A DNA stretch of 64,000 nt from NCBI RefSeq assembly GCF_002854065.1, contig NZ_CP024147.1. One strand, written 5' to 3'. How positions within the stretch are numbered: position 1 is the first letter of the stretch; each line of letters opens with the position of its first letter. Under the pieces are notes generated by a model that was given only the letters and a program-made list of their open reading frames with translations, was not told where the DNA came from and made no database searches. This document shows positions 32,587 through 44,152 of the stretch, piece by piece. The translations under genes were made by a program, and so were the position numbers. The DNA comes from Escherichia coli (GTDB lineage Bacteria; Pseudomonadota; Gammaproteobacteria; Enterobacterales; Enterobacteriaceae).

Positions 32587-35500
32587 TTAATAATCTCCAG
32601 TAAAGCCTGCACAGGATGGCGTACCCCCGTGCCTTCAACCCGTTTGACCTGACTACGGCAGGAATATCCGGTCGCCAGACAGCGGTTACGCGGCAGTCGC
32701 TGCATAGCCTGATGCCAGGATAACTCATAGATCCCGAGCGAATTTTTATGGTTTTTCGCTTCATGTCCGTAAGTCCCTGCCATGCCGCAGCAACCCACGC
32801 TGACATTTTCCAGTTTCGCGCCAAAACGGGCAAATATCGCGGCCCATTGTGCTGGCGCACCCGGCAAGGCGGTAACTTCGGTACAGTGACCAAAGAAATA
32901 CCATGATTCACCGCTGACTGTAGCCACTGGCTGTGACTCAAGTGCGCTTGCCAGCCATTCATTCGCCAGTAAGACGTTAAACTCGCCACGTTCCTCGCCC
33001 AGTGCCAGTTTATATTCATCGCGATAACAAAGTACCAGCGCCGGATCGACGCCTACCATTGGCATACCCAGCTTCGCCATACGGTTGAGGAAATCCGCCG
33101 TCTTTTTCGCCGTCTTCGCAAAACGATTAAGAAAACCTTTAATATGCTGGGCTTTGCCATTTGGCGAAAATGGCAGTAACACAGGCTGGAAACCTAATTT
33201 TTCGACCAGACGGACAAAATCCGCCACCACTTGCGCATCGTAATAGCTGGTAAAGGGGTCCTGCACCACCAACACCGTGCGCGCTTTCTGCTCTGCATTG
33301 AGAGCTTCAAGCTGTTCCAGCGTCATGTTTGCCGAGCGATGCCCCACCATTTGTTGTTGTAGCGAGGGGACCGACAGCAGCGGCAAATCAACCATGCCGA
33401 TATGTTTTTCCGAGAGTTTGCGCATCAGCGGCTGGTTAATGAAGAAGTTAAAGGTTTTCGGCGCGCGTGCCATCAGCGGTGCGTAGCTCTCGACCGTAGC
33501 GACGAGGTGGTCGCGCAGCGGACGTAAATAACGGGTGTGATAGAGCTGCAGGAAACGAGAGCGAAACTCCGGCACATCAATTTTGATGGGGCACTGGGTC
33601 GAACAAGCTTTACAGGCCAGACAGCCCGACATCGCCTCTTTGACTTCGTGTGAGAAGTCATATTCGCCTTTATTCGCATGCCAGCTATTGCGCGTGCGGG
33701 CAATTAACGTCCGCAAACTGACGCCGGATTCAGGCAGTTCTTGTTCCAGTTTGAGTGGATCAACGCCGCGATCCGCCAACAAACGCAGCCATTCACGCAC
33801 CAGCGTTGCGCGCCCTTTCGGTGAATGAATCCGGTTCTGGGTGATCTTCATCGACGGACACATCGGACTACGGGCATCAAAGTTGAAGCATAAACCGTTG
33901 CCGTTACACTCCATCGCACCGCGCCACTGCTGGCGTACCGCAATGGGGATCTGCCGATCGAATGTACCGCGCTTCACCGCGTCCACTTTCATCATCGGCG
34001 CATCGAGACCTTCTGGCGGGCAAATCTTCCCTGGGTTGAGTCGGTTATGCGGGTCAAATGCCGCTTTCACTTTGCGCAGTTCTGCAAAAAGTTCCTCACC
34101 GAAAAACGCCGGGCTGTATTCAGCGCGAAAACCTTTGCCGTGCTCGCCCCACAACAAACCACCGTATTTCGCAGTCAGCGCCACCACGTCATCAGAAATT
34201 TGCTTCATCAAAATCTCTTGTTGCGGATCGCACATATCCAGTGCCGGACGGACGTGCAACACCCCAGCATCGACATGACCAAACATGCCATAACTTAAGC
34301 CGTGGCTGTCGAGCAGCGCGCGAAATTCAGCAATATAATCGGCCAGATGTTCCGGCGGTACGCAGGTATCCTCAGCAAACGGAATTGGCTTAGCGGCACC
34401 TTTGGCATTGCCAAGCAGACCAACGGCTTTTTTGCGCATTGCATAGATACGTTCAACCCCCGCCAGCTCACGGCACACCTGCCAGCCGATGACACCTGCT
34501 TGATGACTGGCGATCAGCTCATCCAACCGCGCACAGAGTGCATTTACCCGCTCATCAATCAGCGCCTCATCATCACCAGCAAATTCCACAATGTTCAGCC
34601 CGAGCATCTCTTGGTCAGGCACATCGGTAATCAACTCGCTGACGGAATGCCAGACAATATCTTCCCGCGCCAGATTCAGCACTTTTGAGTCCACCGTCTC
34701 TACCGAAAGCGCCCGCGCCTCAACCATAAACGGCGCGTTACGCAGCGCAGAGTCAAAAGAGTCATATTTGACGTTCACCAGACGGCGCACTTTAGGCAAG
34801 CGCGTAATATCCAGCCGCGCTTCGGTAATAAAGGCCAGCGTCCCTTCTGAACCCGTCAGAATGCGCGTCAGGTCGAACTCGGTCATCTCATCGTTAAAGA
34901 CATGACGCAGATCGTAACCGGTAAGAAAGCGGTTAAGTTTGGGGAAGTTGTCGATAATTAACTGGCGTTGCTGACGGCAACGTTGATAAACCGTGTTATA
35001 AATTCGCCCGATTGCGGTATTGGTTTTACCCAGCGTTTCCGCCAGTTCGACGGGTAAAGGTTGCGTATCGAGAATATCGCCCCCCAACAACACCGCGCGT
35101 ACGCCAAGTACGTGATCTGACGTTTTGCCATAGACCAGCGATCCCTGACCGGATGCATCGGTATTGATCATCCCGCCGAGCGTTGCCCGGTTGCTGGTCG
35201 AAAGTTCTGGTGCAAAAAAGTAGCCGAACGGTTTCAGGTACTGATTGAGTTGGTCTTTTATCACCCCGGCCTCAACGCGCACCCAGCCCTCTTCAGGGTT
35301 AATTTCGATGATGCGGTTCATATGGCGGGACATATCAACAATAATCCCCTGGTTGAGCGCCTGACCGTTAGTGCCGGTGCCGCCGCCGCGGGGGGTAAAG
35401 ATCAGCGATGAATAGCGTTCCTGCGCGGCAAGACGGGCGATCAGCGCCACATCTGCGGTTGAACGCGGAAATACCACCGCATCGGGGAGAAGTTGGTAAA

Positions 35501-35639
35501 TACTGTTGTCGGTCGACATTGTCAGACGATCGGCATAACTTGTCGCCGTATCGCCGGTAAAACCTTGTTGCTCCAGCTCTTGCAAAAAATTAAGCACCAG
35601 TTGAACGACTCCGGGTGCCTGGGAAATCTGTGGAATCAT
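32583..35639 (-). CDS. ydiJ: Large FAD-linked oxidase / Fe-S oxidoreductase fusion (D-2-hydroxyglutarate dehydrogenase-like)
   Basis: 1018 aa from MIPQISQAPGVVQLV...; N-terminal FAD-binding PCMH domain, C-terminal CxxCxxC clusters. ORF-track start at 35711 is an unsupported extension. Confidence 0.85.
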   Translation of the reverse strand: MIPQISQAPGVVQLVLNFLQELEQQGFTGDTATSYADRLTMSTDNSIYQLLPDAVVFPRSTADVALIARLAAQERYSSLIFTPRGGGTGTNGQALNQGIIVDMSRHMNRIIEINPEEGWVRVEAGVIKDQLNQYLKPFGYFFAPELSTSNRATLGGMINTDASGQGSLVYGKTSDHVLGVRAVLLGGDILDTQPLPVELAETLGKTNTAIGRIYNTVYQRCRQQRQLIIDNFPKLNRFLTGYDLRHVFNDEMTEFDLTRILTGSEGTLAFITEARLDITRLPKVRRLVNVKYDSFDSALRNAPFMVEARALSVETVDSKVLNLAREDIVWHSVSELITDVPDQEMLGLNIVEFAGDDEALIDERVNALCARLDELIASHQAGVIGWQVCRELAGVERIYAMRKKAVGLLGNAKGAAKPIPFAEDTCVPPEHLADYIAEFRALLDSHGLSYGMFGHVDAGVLHVRPALDMCDPQQEILMKQISDDVVALTAKYGGLLWGEHGKGFRAEYSPAFFGEELFAELRKVKAAFDPHNRLNPGKICPPEGLDAPMMKVDAVKRGTFDRQIPIAVRQQWRGAMECNGNGLCFNFDARSPMCPSMKITQNRIHSPKGRATLVREWLRLLADRGVDPLKLEQELPESGVSLRTLIARTRNSWHANKGEYDFSHEVKEAMSGCLACKACSTQCPIKIDVPEFRSRFLQLYHTRYLRPLRDHLVATVESYAPLMARAPKTFNFFINQPLMRKLSEKHIGMVDLPLLSVPSLQQQMVGHRSANMTLEQLEALNAEQKARTVLVVQDPFTSYYDAQVVADFVRLVEKLGFQPVLLPFSPNGKAQHIKGFLNRFAKTAKKTADFLNRMAKLGMPMVGVDPALVLCYRDEYKLALGEERGEFNVLLANEWLASALESQPVATVSGESWYFFGHCTEVTALPGAPAQWAAIFARFGAKLENVSVGCCGMAGTYGHEAKNHKNSLGIYELSWHQAMQRLPRNRCLATGYSCRSQVKRVEGTGVRHPVQALLEIIK

Positions 35640-35740
35640 TATATTGACCCTTTCCTGCGGTCTGTGATGTAGGTCGATACACTGTTCTTTCAGGCGGCTG
35701 CAATAGCGCACAGAAAGGTGATGTTTATTTACTCTATGGA

Positions 35741-35858
35741 TTTCGAGTTGCAGGAAGGCGGCAAGCGAGTGAACTCCAGGAGCTTACAACAGTAAGTAAC
35801 TGGGGTGAACGAACGTAGCCGCAGCATATGCAACTTGAAATACGACGAGTAAATCGTT
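35741..35858. repeat. ERIC (IRU) enterobacterial repetitive intergenic element
   Basis: GTGAACTCCAGGAGCTTACAACAGTAAGTAACTGGGGTGAACGAACGTAGCCGCAGCATATGCAACTTGAAATACGACGAGTA closely matches the ERIC consensus; boundaries approximate. Confidence 0.55.
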
Positions 35859-36027
35859 TGCGTGTTGCCTGAGTTGTTGTACCACATTTTTTTCTAACAC
35901 GCCCATCAGAATTAAGGGCAGAATCGGCCTGTTAAAAACCGCTGAAATTGCTCATCATTATGCAGGTGAGTTTCGCGTGTTCACGTCGCGTCGACGATTT
36001 GACGCACAAAAAAGGTGAAAAGTAGTT

Positions 36028-37140
36028 ATGGTAAATGTTCGTCAGCCCAGGGATGTCGCACAAATTCTGCTTTCGGTGCTGTTTTTAGCCATCATGATTG
36101 TGGCATGTCTGTGGATTGTTCAACCCTTTATTCTCGGCTTTGCATGGGCCGGTACGGTGGTTATCGCCACCTGGCCGGTATTGTTACGTTTGCAAAAGAT
36201 CATGTTTGGCCGCCGCTCTCTCGCCGTTCTGGTTATGACGCTGTTATTAGTGATGGTGTTTATCATCCCTATTGCTTTGCTGGTTAACAGTATCGTCGAC
36301 GGCAGCGGCCCGCTTATTAAAGCCATTTCCAGCGGTGACATGACGTTACCCGATCTGGCGTGGCTTAATACCATTCCGGTGATTGGCGCGAAGCTGTATG
36401 CAGGCTGGCACAACTTGCTGGATATGGGGGGGACGGCGATCATGGCGAAAGTCCGCCCTTATATTGGTACCACCACCACCTGGTTCGTTGGGCAAGCGGC
36501 GCATATCGGGCGCTTTATGGTGCATTGTGCGCTGATGCTTCTCTTCAGTGCCCTGCTGTACTGGCGCGGTGAACAGGTGGCACAAGGCATTCGCCATTTT
36601 GCAACCCGTCTGGCAGGCGTTCGCGGAGATGCCGCCGTGCTGCTGGCGGCACAGGCTATCCGCGCGGTGGCGCTGGGTGTGGTGGTGACGGCGTTAGTAC
36701 AGGCAGTGCTTGGCGGTATCGGCCTCGCCGTATCCGGCGTACCTTATGCAACGTTGCTAACGGTGTTAATGATCCTCTCCTGCCTTGTCCAGCTTGGCCC
36801 GTTGCCGGTACTGATTCCGGCGATTATCTGGCTCTACTGGACCGGCGATACCACCTGGGGAACGGTATTGTTAGTGTGGAGCGGTGTGGTTGGCACGCTG
36901 GATAACGTCATCCGCCCAATGTTAATTCGCATGGGTGCCGATTTACCGCTGATCCTGATCCTCTCTGGCGTTATTGGTGGTTTGATTGCTTTCGGGATGA
37001 TCGGTCTGTTTATTGGTCCGGTTCTGTTAGCCGTTTCCTGGCGTCTGTTTGCCGCGTGGGTGGAAGAAGTCCCGCCGCCGACGGACCAACCGGAAGAAAT
37101 TCTCGAAGAACTTGGCGAAATCGAGAAACCGAATAAGTAA
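36028..37140 (+). CDS. ydiK: AI-2E (UPF0118) family membrane transporter
   Basis: 370-aa polytopic ORF with acidic C-terminal tail. Confidence 0.85.
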   Translation: MVNVRQPRDVAQILLSVLFLAIMIVACLWIVQPFILGFAWAGTVVIATWPVLLRLQKIMFGRRSLAVLVMTLLLVMVFIIPIALLVNSIVDGSGPLIKAISSGDMTLPDLAWLNTIPVIGAKLYAGWHNLLDMGGTAIMAKVRPYIGTTTTWFVGQAAHIGRFMVHCALMLLFSALLYWRGEQVAQGIRHFATRLAGVRGDAAVLLAAQAIRAVALGVVVTALVQAVLGGIGLAVSGVPYATLLTVLMILSCLVQLGPLPVLIPAIIWLYWTGDTTWGTVLLVWSGVVGTLDNVIRPMLIRMGADLPLILILSGVIGGLIAFGMIGLFIGPVLLAVSWRLFAAWVEEVPPPTDQPEEILEELGEIEKPNK

Positions 37141-37146
37141 TTTCTC

Positions 37147-37175
37147 ATCAGGCGGCTCTGCCGCCTGATTGTTAA
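37147..37175 (+). terminator. Hairpin after ydiK (weak terminator)
   Basis: Stem ATCAGGCGG / CCGCCTGAT, but little T-tract downstream. Confidence 0.35.
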
Positions 37176-37325
37176 CCACCGCTAATTGATATTTGCTTGC
37201 TCTTCCCCATATTTTCCTGCTTACCGCCATTCAGCTGGTAGTACCTGTCGCAAATTCTTTACAGTTTTTAAACTAATGAGACGAATCTGATCGACGCAAA
37301 AAGTCCGTATGCCTACTATTAGCTC

Positions 37326-37430
37326 ACGGTTATAAATCAACATATTGATTTATAAGCATGGAAATCCCCTGAGTGAAACAACGAATTGCTGTGTGTAGTC
37401 TTTGCCCATCTCCCACGATGGGCTTTTTTT
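37326..37430 (+). ncRNA. rprA: RprA small regulatory RNA
   Basis: Sequence ACGGTTATAAATCAACATATTGATTTATAAGCATGGAAATCCCCTGAGTGAAACAACGAATTGCTGTGTGTAGTCTTTGCCCATCTCCCACGATGGGCTTTTTTT matches RprA as I recall it, including the terminator hairpin and U-tail. Confidence 0.88.
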
Positions 37431-37568
37431 TAACATTTTTCCGCTTCGCTACCTCGCCCCTCACTCTTTCCAATAATGTTGCACAAGATACTGTGACTCT
37501 CTTCAAGCCGTCAGCAGGCTGATAATGTTATTTATATTTTATTGTTTATTTCATGCAGCCATTACACG

Positions 37569-37925
37569 ATGAACGCTTATGAACTCCAGGCACTCCGCCA
37601 TATTTTTGCCATGACTATTGATGAATGCGCGACCTGGATTGCCCAGACCGGTGACAGTGAAAGCTGGCGTCAGTGGGAAAATGGCAAATGCGCCATTCCT
37701 GATCGTGTAGTCGAGCAACTGTTGGCTATGCGTCAGCAACGAAAAAAACATCTTCATGCCATTATAGAGAAAATAAATAACCGCATCGGCAACAACACCA
37801 TGCGTTTTTTCCCCGACTTAACCGCGTTTCAACGTGTCTACCCGGATGGCAATTTTATTGACTGGAAGATCTATCAATCGGTAGCCGCTGAATTATATGC
37901 ACACGATCTGGAGCGGCTTTGTTAA
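37569..37925 (+). CDS. ydiL: Small protein of unknown function (DUF1870)
   Basis: 118 aa from MNAYELQALRHIFAMTIDECATWIAQ...; the ORF-track start at 37542 is an extension. Confidence 0.75.
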   Translation: MNAYELQALRHIFAMTIDECATWIAQTGDSESWRQWENGKCAIPDRVVEQLLAMRQQRKKHLHAIIEKINNRIGNNTMRFFPDLTAFQRVYPDGNFIDWKIYQSVAAELYAHDLERLC

Positions 37926-38024
37926 TTTCTCCACAAAAAGGAATTGTCGTTGTTACAACAATAATGAACGGATACTGACACAAAATCGCTACACTTTTTA
38001 AAGCACCTTTGCTAAGTAGAACCT

Positions 38025-39239
38025 ATGAAAAATCCCTATTACCCTACCGCACTTGGGTTGTATTTTAATTACCTGGTGCATGGTATGGGCGTCATTTTGA
38101 TGAGCCTGAATATGGCCTCGCTGGAGACACTTTGGCAGACTAATGCCGCGGGTGTCTCGATAGTTATCTCATCGCTGGGCATTGGTCGATTAAGTGTCTT
38201 GCTTTTTGCAGGATTATTATCCGATCGCTTTGGTCGCCGCCCTTTTATCATGCTCGGGATGTGCTGCTATATGGCCTTCTTTTTTGGCATCCTGCAGACC
38301 AATAACATCATTATTGCTTATGTTTTTGGCTTTCTGGCGGGAATGGCAAACAGTTTTCTCGATGCAGGCACTTATCCCAGTTTGATGGAAGCTTTTCCAC
38401 GCTCACCTGGGACAGCCAATATTTTAATTAAAGCATTTGTTTCCAGCGGACAATTTTTATTACCGCTAATCATTAGCCTGTTAGTGTGGGCTGAACTGTG
38501 GTTCGGTTGGTCCTTTATGATTGCTGCAGGCATTATGTTTATTAACGCTCTGTTTTTATACCGTTGTACGTTCCCACCCCATCCGGGTCGTCGCTTACCT
38601 GTCATAAAGAAAACCACCAGCTCTACGGAACATCGCTGTTCAATTATCGATTTAGCCAGTTATACCTTATATGGCTATATCTCAATGGCAACGTTTTATC
38701 TGGTTAGCCAGTGGCTGGCACAGTACGGACAATTTGTTGCAGGCATGTCATACACTATGTCGATCAAACTACTTAGTATCTACACCGTGGGTTCGCTGCT
38801 TTGTGTATTTATTACCGCTCCACTCATTCGTAATACCGTTCGCCCAACAACATTACTGATGCTGTACACCTTTATCTCATTTATTGCTCTGTTTACCGTC
38901 TGCCTGCATCCCACATTTTATGTGGTGATAATATTTGCTTTTGTCATTGGTTTTACCTCTGCTGGAGGTGTTGTGCAAATTGGCCTGACGTTAATGGCTG
39001 AACGTTTCCCCTACGCTAAAGGTAAAGCTACAGGTATCTATTACAGTGCGGGCAGTATTGCGACCTTTACTATTCCGTTGATTACGGCTCATCTGTCCCA
39101 AAGAAGTATTGCCGATATTATGTGGTTCGATACCGCCATCGCTGCCATCGGCTTTTTACTGGCACTGTTTATCGGCTTACGCAGCCGCAAAAAAACGCGG
39201 CATCACTCGCTAAAGGAAAATGTCGCTCCGGGTGGGTAA
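38025..39239 (+). CDS. ydiM: MFS transporter
   Basis: 404-aa 12-helix membrane ORF. Confidence 0.8.
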   Translation: MKNPYYPTALGLYFNYLVHGMGVILMSLNMASLETLWQTNAAGVSIVISSLGIGRLSVLLFAGLLSDRFGRRPFIMLGMCCYMAFFFGILQTNNIIIAYVFGFLAGMANSFLDAGTYPSLMEAFPRSPGTANILIKAFVSSGQFLLPLIISLLVWAELWFGWSFMIAAGIMFINALFLYRCTFPPHPGRRLPVIKKTTSSTEHRCSIIDLASYTLYGYISMATFYLVSQWLAQYGQFVAGMSYTMSIKLLSIYTVGSLLCVFITAPLIRNTVRPTTLLMLYTFISFIALFTVCLHPTFYVVIIFAFVIGFTSAGGVVQIGLTLMAERFPYAKGKATGIYYSAGSIATFTIPLITAHLSQRSIADIMWFDTAIAAIGFLLALFIGLRSRKKTRHHSLKENVAPGG

Positions 39240-39465
39240 TGCAATATTCTTTTCAGGTCATGCAAGATCTTACGGATAAATAACTCTTTCTGCGCTAACT
39301 AAGGAAAATCGCGATCAAAAACAAACTATGACATGCAATATTCCTGGAAACATAAACTTTATGCCATGTACCCAGGGAAAATCATCTTCAGTATAGTAAT
39401 TATGTAAACCGTCGGAGAACAATACGTACGGTAACGAAATAATCTTTCAGCAAGGAGCTGTGAAA

Positions 39466-40731
39466 ATGTCTCAAAATAAGGCTTTCAGCACGCCATTTAT
39501 CCTGGCTGTTCTTTGTATTTACTTCAGCTACTTCCTGCACGGCATTAGTGTTATTACGCTTGCCCAAAATATGTCATCTCTGGCGGAAAAGTTTTCCACT
39601 GACAACGCGGGCATTGCCTACTTAATTTCCGGTATCGGTTTGGGGCGATTGATCAGTATTTTATTCTTCGGTGTGATCTCCGATAAGTTTGGTCGTCGGG
39701 CGGTGATATTAATGGCAGTAATAATGTATCTGCTATTCTTCTTTGGTATTCCCGCTTGCCCGAATTTAACTCTCGCCTACGGTCTGGCAGTGTGCGTAGG
39801 TATCGCTAACTCAGCGCTGGATACGGGTGGCTACCCCGCGCTCATGGAATGCTTTCCGAAAGCCTCTGGTTCGGCGGTCATACTGGTTAAAGCGATGGTG
39901 TCATTCGGGCAAATGTTCTACCCAATGCTGGTGAGCTATATGTTGCTCAATAATATCTGGTACGGCTATGGGCTGATTATTCCGGGTATTCTGTTTGTAC
40001 TGATCACGCTGATGCTGTTGAAAAGCAAATTCCCCAGCCAGTTGGTGGACGCCAGCGTAGCTAATGAATTACCGCAAATGAACAGCAAACCGTTAGTCTG
40101 GCTGGAAGGTGTTTCATCGGTACTGTTCGGTGTAGTCGCATTCTCGACCTTTTATGTGATTGTGGTGTGGATGCCCAAATATGCGATGGCTTTTGCTGGT
40201 ATGTCAGAAGCTGAGGCATTAAAAACCATCTCTTATTACAGTATGGGCTCGTTGGTCTGTGTCTTTATTTTTGCCGCACTACTGAAAAAAATGGTCCGGC
40301 CCATCTGGGCTAATGTATTTAACTCTGCACTGGCAACAATAACAGCAGCCATTATCTACCTGTACCCTTCTCCACTGGTGTGTAATGCCGGCGCCTTTGT
40401 TATCGGTTTCTCAGCAGCTGGCGGCATTTTACAGCTCGGTGTTTCGGTCATGTCAGAGTTTTTCCCAAAAAGCAAAGCCAAAGTCACCAGTATTTATATG
40501 ATGATGGGTGGACTGGCTAACTTTGTTATTCCGCTGATTACCGGTTATCTGTCGAACATCGGCCTGCAATATATCATTGTTCTCGATTTTACTTTCGCGC
40601 TGCTGGCCCTGATTACCGCAATTATTGTTTTTATCCGCTATTACCGCGTTTTTATTATTCCTGAGAATGATGTGCGGTTTGGCGAGCGCAAATTTAGCAC
40701 CCGGTTAAACACAATTAAGCATAGAGGTTAA
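39466..40731 (+). CDS. ydiN: MFS transporter
   Basis: 421 aa from ATG at 39466 (AAGGAG 8 nt upstream); paralogous to ydiM. The GTG at 39460 is too close to the RBS. Confidence 0.8.
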   Translation: MSQNKAFSTPFILAVLCIYFSYFLHGISVITLAQNMSSLAEKFSTDNAGIAYLISGIGLGRLISILFFGVISDKFGRRAVILMAVIMYLLFFFGIPACPNLTLAYGLAVCVGIANSALDTGGYPALMECFPKASGSAVILVKAMVSFGQMFYPMLVSYMLLNNIWYGYGLIIPGILFVLITLMLLKSKFPSQLVDASVANELPQMNSKPLVWLEGVSSVLFGVVAFSTFYVIVVWMPKYAMAFAGMSEAEALKTISYYSMGSLVCVFIFAALLKKMVRPIWANVFNSALATITAAIIYLYPSPLVCNAGAFVIGFSAAGGILQLGVSVMSEFFPKSKAKVTSIYMMMGGLANFVIPLITGYLSNIGLQYIIVLDFTFALLALITAIIVFIRYYRVFIIPENDVRFGERKFSTRLNTIKHRG

Positions 40732-40742
40732 AGGAGTTAATT

Positions 40743-41609
40743 ATGGATGTTACCGCAAAATACGAATTGATTGGGTTGATGGCTTATCCTATCCGCCACA
40801 GTTTATCGCCTGAAATGCAGAATAAAGCCTTAGAAAAAGCGGGATTGCCATTTACCTATATGGCCTTCGAAGTGGATAACGATAGCTTTCCCGGAGCAAT
40901 TGAAGGATTAAAAGCTCTAAAAATGCGCGGAACTGGTGTATCAATGCCGAACAAACAACTGGCGTGTGAATATGTTGATGAATTAACGCCAGCAGCCAAA
41001 CTGGTGGGTGCCATCAACACCATCGTTAATGATGATGGCTACCTGCGCGGCTATAACACCGACGGCACGGGCCATATTCGCGCCATTAAAGAGAGCGGTT
41101 TTGATATCAAAGGCAAAACAATGGTGCTGTTAGGGGCCGGAGGTGCCTCAACGGCGATTGGCGCGCAGGGGGCAATTGAAGGTTTAAAAGAAATTAAACT
41201 CTTTAACCGTCGGGATGAGTTCTTCGATAAAGCCCTCGCCTTCGCGCAGCGGGTTAACGAAAACACCGATTGTGTCGTCACGGTTACCGATCTCGCCGAT
41301 CAGCAAGCCTTTGCTGAAGCCCTGGCTTTCGCCGACATTTTAACCAATGGCACAAAAGTGGGTATGAACCCCCTTGAGAATGAATCATTGGTTAATGATA
41401 TCAGTCTGTTACATCCGGGACTGCTGGTCACTGAATGCGTGTATAACCCGCATATGACGAAGTTATTGCAGCAGGCGCAACAAGCTGGTTGCAAAACGAT
41501 TGATGGATACGGCATGTTGTTGTGGCAAGGGGCTGAACAGTTCACGTTATGGACTGGCAAAGATTTCCCTCTGGAATATGTTAAACAGGTCATGGGGTTC
41601 GGTGCCTGA
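40743..41609 (+). CDS. ydiB: Quinate/shikimate 5-dehydrogenase (NAD(P)-dependent)
   Basis: 288-aa ORF with shikimate-dehydrogenase fold motifs ([13 protein letters not shown] Rossmann). Confidence 0.88.
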   Translation: MDVTAKYELIGLMAYPIRHSLSPEMQNKALEKAGLPFTYMAFEVDNDSFPGAIEGLKALKMRGTGVSMPNKQLACEYVDELTPAAKLVGAINTIVNDDGYLRGYNTDGTGHIRAIKESGFDIKGKTMVLLGAGGASTAIGAQGAIEGLKEIKLFNRRDEFFDKALAFAQRVNENTDCVVTVTDLADQQAFAEALAFADILTNGTKVGMNPLENESLVNDISLLHPGLLVTECVYNPHMTKLLQQAQQAGCKTIDGYGMLLWQGAEQFTLWTGKDFPLEYVKQVMGFGA

Positions 41610-41639
41610 CAGGCTGACCGCGTGCAGAAAGGGTAAAAA

Positions 41640-42398
41640 ATGAAAACCGTAACTGTAAAAGATCTCGTCATTGGTGCGGGCGCACCTAAAATCATCGTCT
41701 CGCTGATGGCGAAAGATATCGCCCGCGTGAAATCCGAAGCTCTCGCCTATCGTGAAGCGGACTTTGATATTCTGGAATGGCGTGTGGACCACTTTGCCGA
41801 CCTCTCCAATGTGGAGTCTGTCATGGCGGCAGCAAAAATTCTCCGTGAAACCATGCCAGAAAAACCGCTGCTGTTTACCTTCCGCAGTGCCAAAGAAGGC
41901 GGCGAGCAGGCGATTTCCACCGAGGCTTATATTGCACTCAATCGTGCAGCCATCGACAGCGGCCTGGTTGATATGATCGATCTGGAGTTATTTACCGGCG
42001 ATGATCAGGTTAAAGAAACCGTCGCCTACGCCCACGCGCATGATGTGAAAGTTGTCATGTCCAACCATGACTTCCATAAAACGCCGGAAGCCGAAGAAAT
42101 CATTGCCCGTCTGCGCAAAATGCAATCCTTCGACGCCGATATTCCTAAGATTGCGCTGATGCCGCAAAGTACCAGCGATGTGCTGACGTTGCTTGCCGCG
42201 ACCCTGGAGATGCAGGAGCAGTATGCCGATCGTCCAATCATCACGATGTCAATGGCAAAAACTGGCGTAATTTCTCGTCTGGCTGGTGAAGTATTTGGCT
42301 CGGCGGCAACTTTTGGTGCGGTAAAAAAAGCCTCTGCGCCAGGGCAAATCTCGGTAAATGATTTGCGCACAGTATTAACTATTTTACATCAGGCATAA
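41640..42398 (+). CDS. aroD: 3-dehydroquinate dehydratase type I
   Basis: 252-aa [55 protein letters not shown]... Confidence 0.93.
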   Translation: MKTVTVKDLVIGAGAPKIIVSLMAKDIARVKSEALAYREADFDILEWRVDHFADLSNVESVMAAAKILRETMPEKPLLFTFRSAKEGGEQAISTEAYIALNRAAIDSGLVDMIDLELFTGDDQVKETVAYAHAHDVKVVMSNHDFHKTPEAEEIIARLRKMQSFDADIPKIALMPQSTSDVLTLLAATLEMQEQYADRPIITMSMAKTGVISRLAGEVFGSAATFGAVKKASAPGQISVNDLRTVLTILHQA

Positions 42399-42543
42399 GC
42401 AATAATATTTCGGCGGGAATATCCTCCCCCGCCGAACTAAAAAAAATATATTCAACCGTATTTAATAAAAATATTTCGTGAGTCTCTGTGCGCTAATTAT
42501 CCATCTGGCGTAGGGAAAATCACACCTGAATCAGGAATTAACA

Positions 42544-44139
42544 ATGAAACCTGTAAAACCACCTCGTATTAATGGACGAGTGCCGGTCCTGTCGGCACAG
42601 GAAGCGGTGAATTATATTCCCGACGAAGCAACACTTTGTGTGTTAGGCGCTGGCGGCGGTATTCTGGAAGCCACCACGTTAATTACTGCTCTTGCTGATA
42701 AATATAAACAGACTCAAACGCCACGTAATTTATCGATTATTAGTCCAACAGGGCTTGGCGATCGCGCCGACCGTGGTATTAGTCCGCTGGCGCAAGAAGG
42801 TCTGGTTAAATGGGCATTATGCGGTCACTGGGGACAATCGCCGCGTATTTCTGATCTCGCAGAACAAAATAAAATTATTGCTTATAACTATCCACAAGGT
42901 GTACTTACACAAACCTTACGCGCCGCCGCAGCCCACCAGCCTGGTATTATTAGTGATATTGGCATCGGGACATTTGTCGATCCACGCCAGCAAGGCGGCA
43001 AACTGAATGAAGTCACTAAAGAAGACCTGATTAAACTGGTCGAGTTTGATAACAAAGAATATCTCTATTACAAAGCGATTGCGCCAGATATCGCCTTCAT
43101 TCGCGCTACCACCTGCGACAGCGAAGGCTACGCCACTTTTGAAGATGAGGTGATGTATCTCGACGCATTGGTTATTGCCCAGGCGGTGCACAATAACGGC
43201 GGTATTGTGATGATGCAGGTGCAGAAAATGGTTAAGAAAGCCACGCTGCATCCTAAATCTGTCCGTATTCCGGGTTATCTGGTGGATATTGTGGTGGTCG
43301 ATCCGGATCAAACCCAACTGTATGGCGGTGCACCGGTTAACCGCTTTATTTCTGGTGACTTCACCCTTGATGACAGTACCAAACTTAGCCTGCCCCTAAA
43401 CCAACGTAAATTAGTTGCGCGGCGCGCATTATTCGAAATGCGTAAAGGCGCGGTGGGGAATGTCGGCGTCGGTATTGCTGACGGCATTGGCCTGGTCGCT
43501 CGGGAAGAAGGTTGTGCTGATGACTTTATTCTGACGGTAGAAACAGGTCCGATTGGCGGAATTACTTCACAGGGTATCGCCTTTGGCGCGAACGTGAATA
43601 CCCGCGCCATTCTGGATATGACGTCCCAGTTTGATTTTTATCACGGTGGTGGTCTGGATGTTTGTTATTTGAGTTTTGCTGAAGTCGACCAGCACGGTAA
43701 CGTCGGTGTGCATAAATTCAATGGTAAAATCATGGGCACTGGTGGATTTATTGATATCAGTGCCACTTCGAAGAAAATCGTTTTCTGCGGCACATTAACT
43801 GCGGGCAGTTTAAACACAGAAATTACCGACGGCAAATTAAATATCGTCCAGGAAGGACGGGTGAAGAAATTTATTCGGGAACTACCGGAAATTACTTTCA
43901 GCGGAAAAATCGCTCTCGAGCGAGGGCTGGATGTTCGTTATATCACTGAGCGCGCAGTATTCACGCTGAAAGAAGACGGCCTGCATTTAATCGAAATCGC
44001 CCCTGGCGTCGATTTACAAAAAGATATTCTCGACAAAATGGATTTCACCCCAGTAATTTCGCCAGAACTCAAACTGATGGACGAAAGATTATTTATCGAT
44101 GCGGCGATGGGTTTTGTCCTGCCTGAAGCGGCTCATTAA
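42544..44139 (+). CDS. ydiF: Fused alpha/beta family-I CoA-transferase
   Basis: 531-aa ORF with CoA-transferase glutamate-site region; immediately upstream of ydiO. Confidence 0.85.
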   Translation: MKPVKPPRINGRVPVLSAQEAVNYIPDEATLCVLGAGGGILEATTLITALADKYKQTQTPRNLSIISPTGLGDRADRGISPLAQEGLVKWALCGHWGQSPRISDLAEQNKIIAYNYPQGVLTQTLRAAAAHQPGIISDIGIGTFVDPRQQGGKLNEVTKEDLIKLVEFDNKEYLYYKAIAPDIAFIRATTCDSEGYATFEDEVMYLDALVIAQAVHNNGGIVMMQVQKMVKKATLHPKSVRIPGYLVDIVVVDPDQTQLYGGAPVNRFISGDFTLDDSTKLSLPLNQRKLVARRALFEMRKGAVGNVGVGIADGIGLVAREEGCADDFILTVETGPIGGITSQGIAFGANVNTRAILDMTSQFDFYHGGGLDVCYLSFAEVDQHGNVGVHKFNGKIMGTGGFIDISATSKKIVFCGTLTAGSLNTEITDGKLNIVQEGRVKKFIRELPEITFSGKIALERGLDVRYITERAVFTLKEDGLHLIEIAPGVDLQKDILDKMDFTPVISPELKLMDERLFIDAAMGFVLPEAAH

Positions 44140-44152
44140 CAGGAGTATCACG

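Noticed and set aside
32537-33019. 160-aa ORF overlapping the 3' end of ydiJ and menI on the same strand.
   Set aside because: It is an out-of-frame overlap within two well-supported genes, with no RBS and a Trp/Arg-rich composition typical of a frame artefact.
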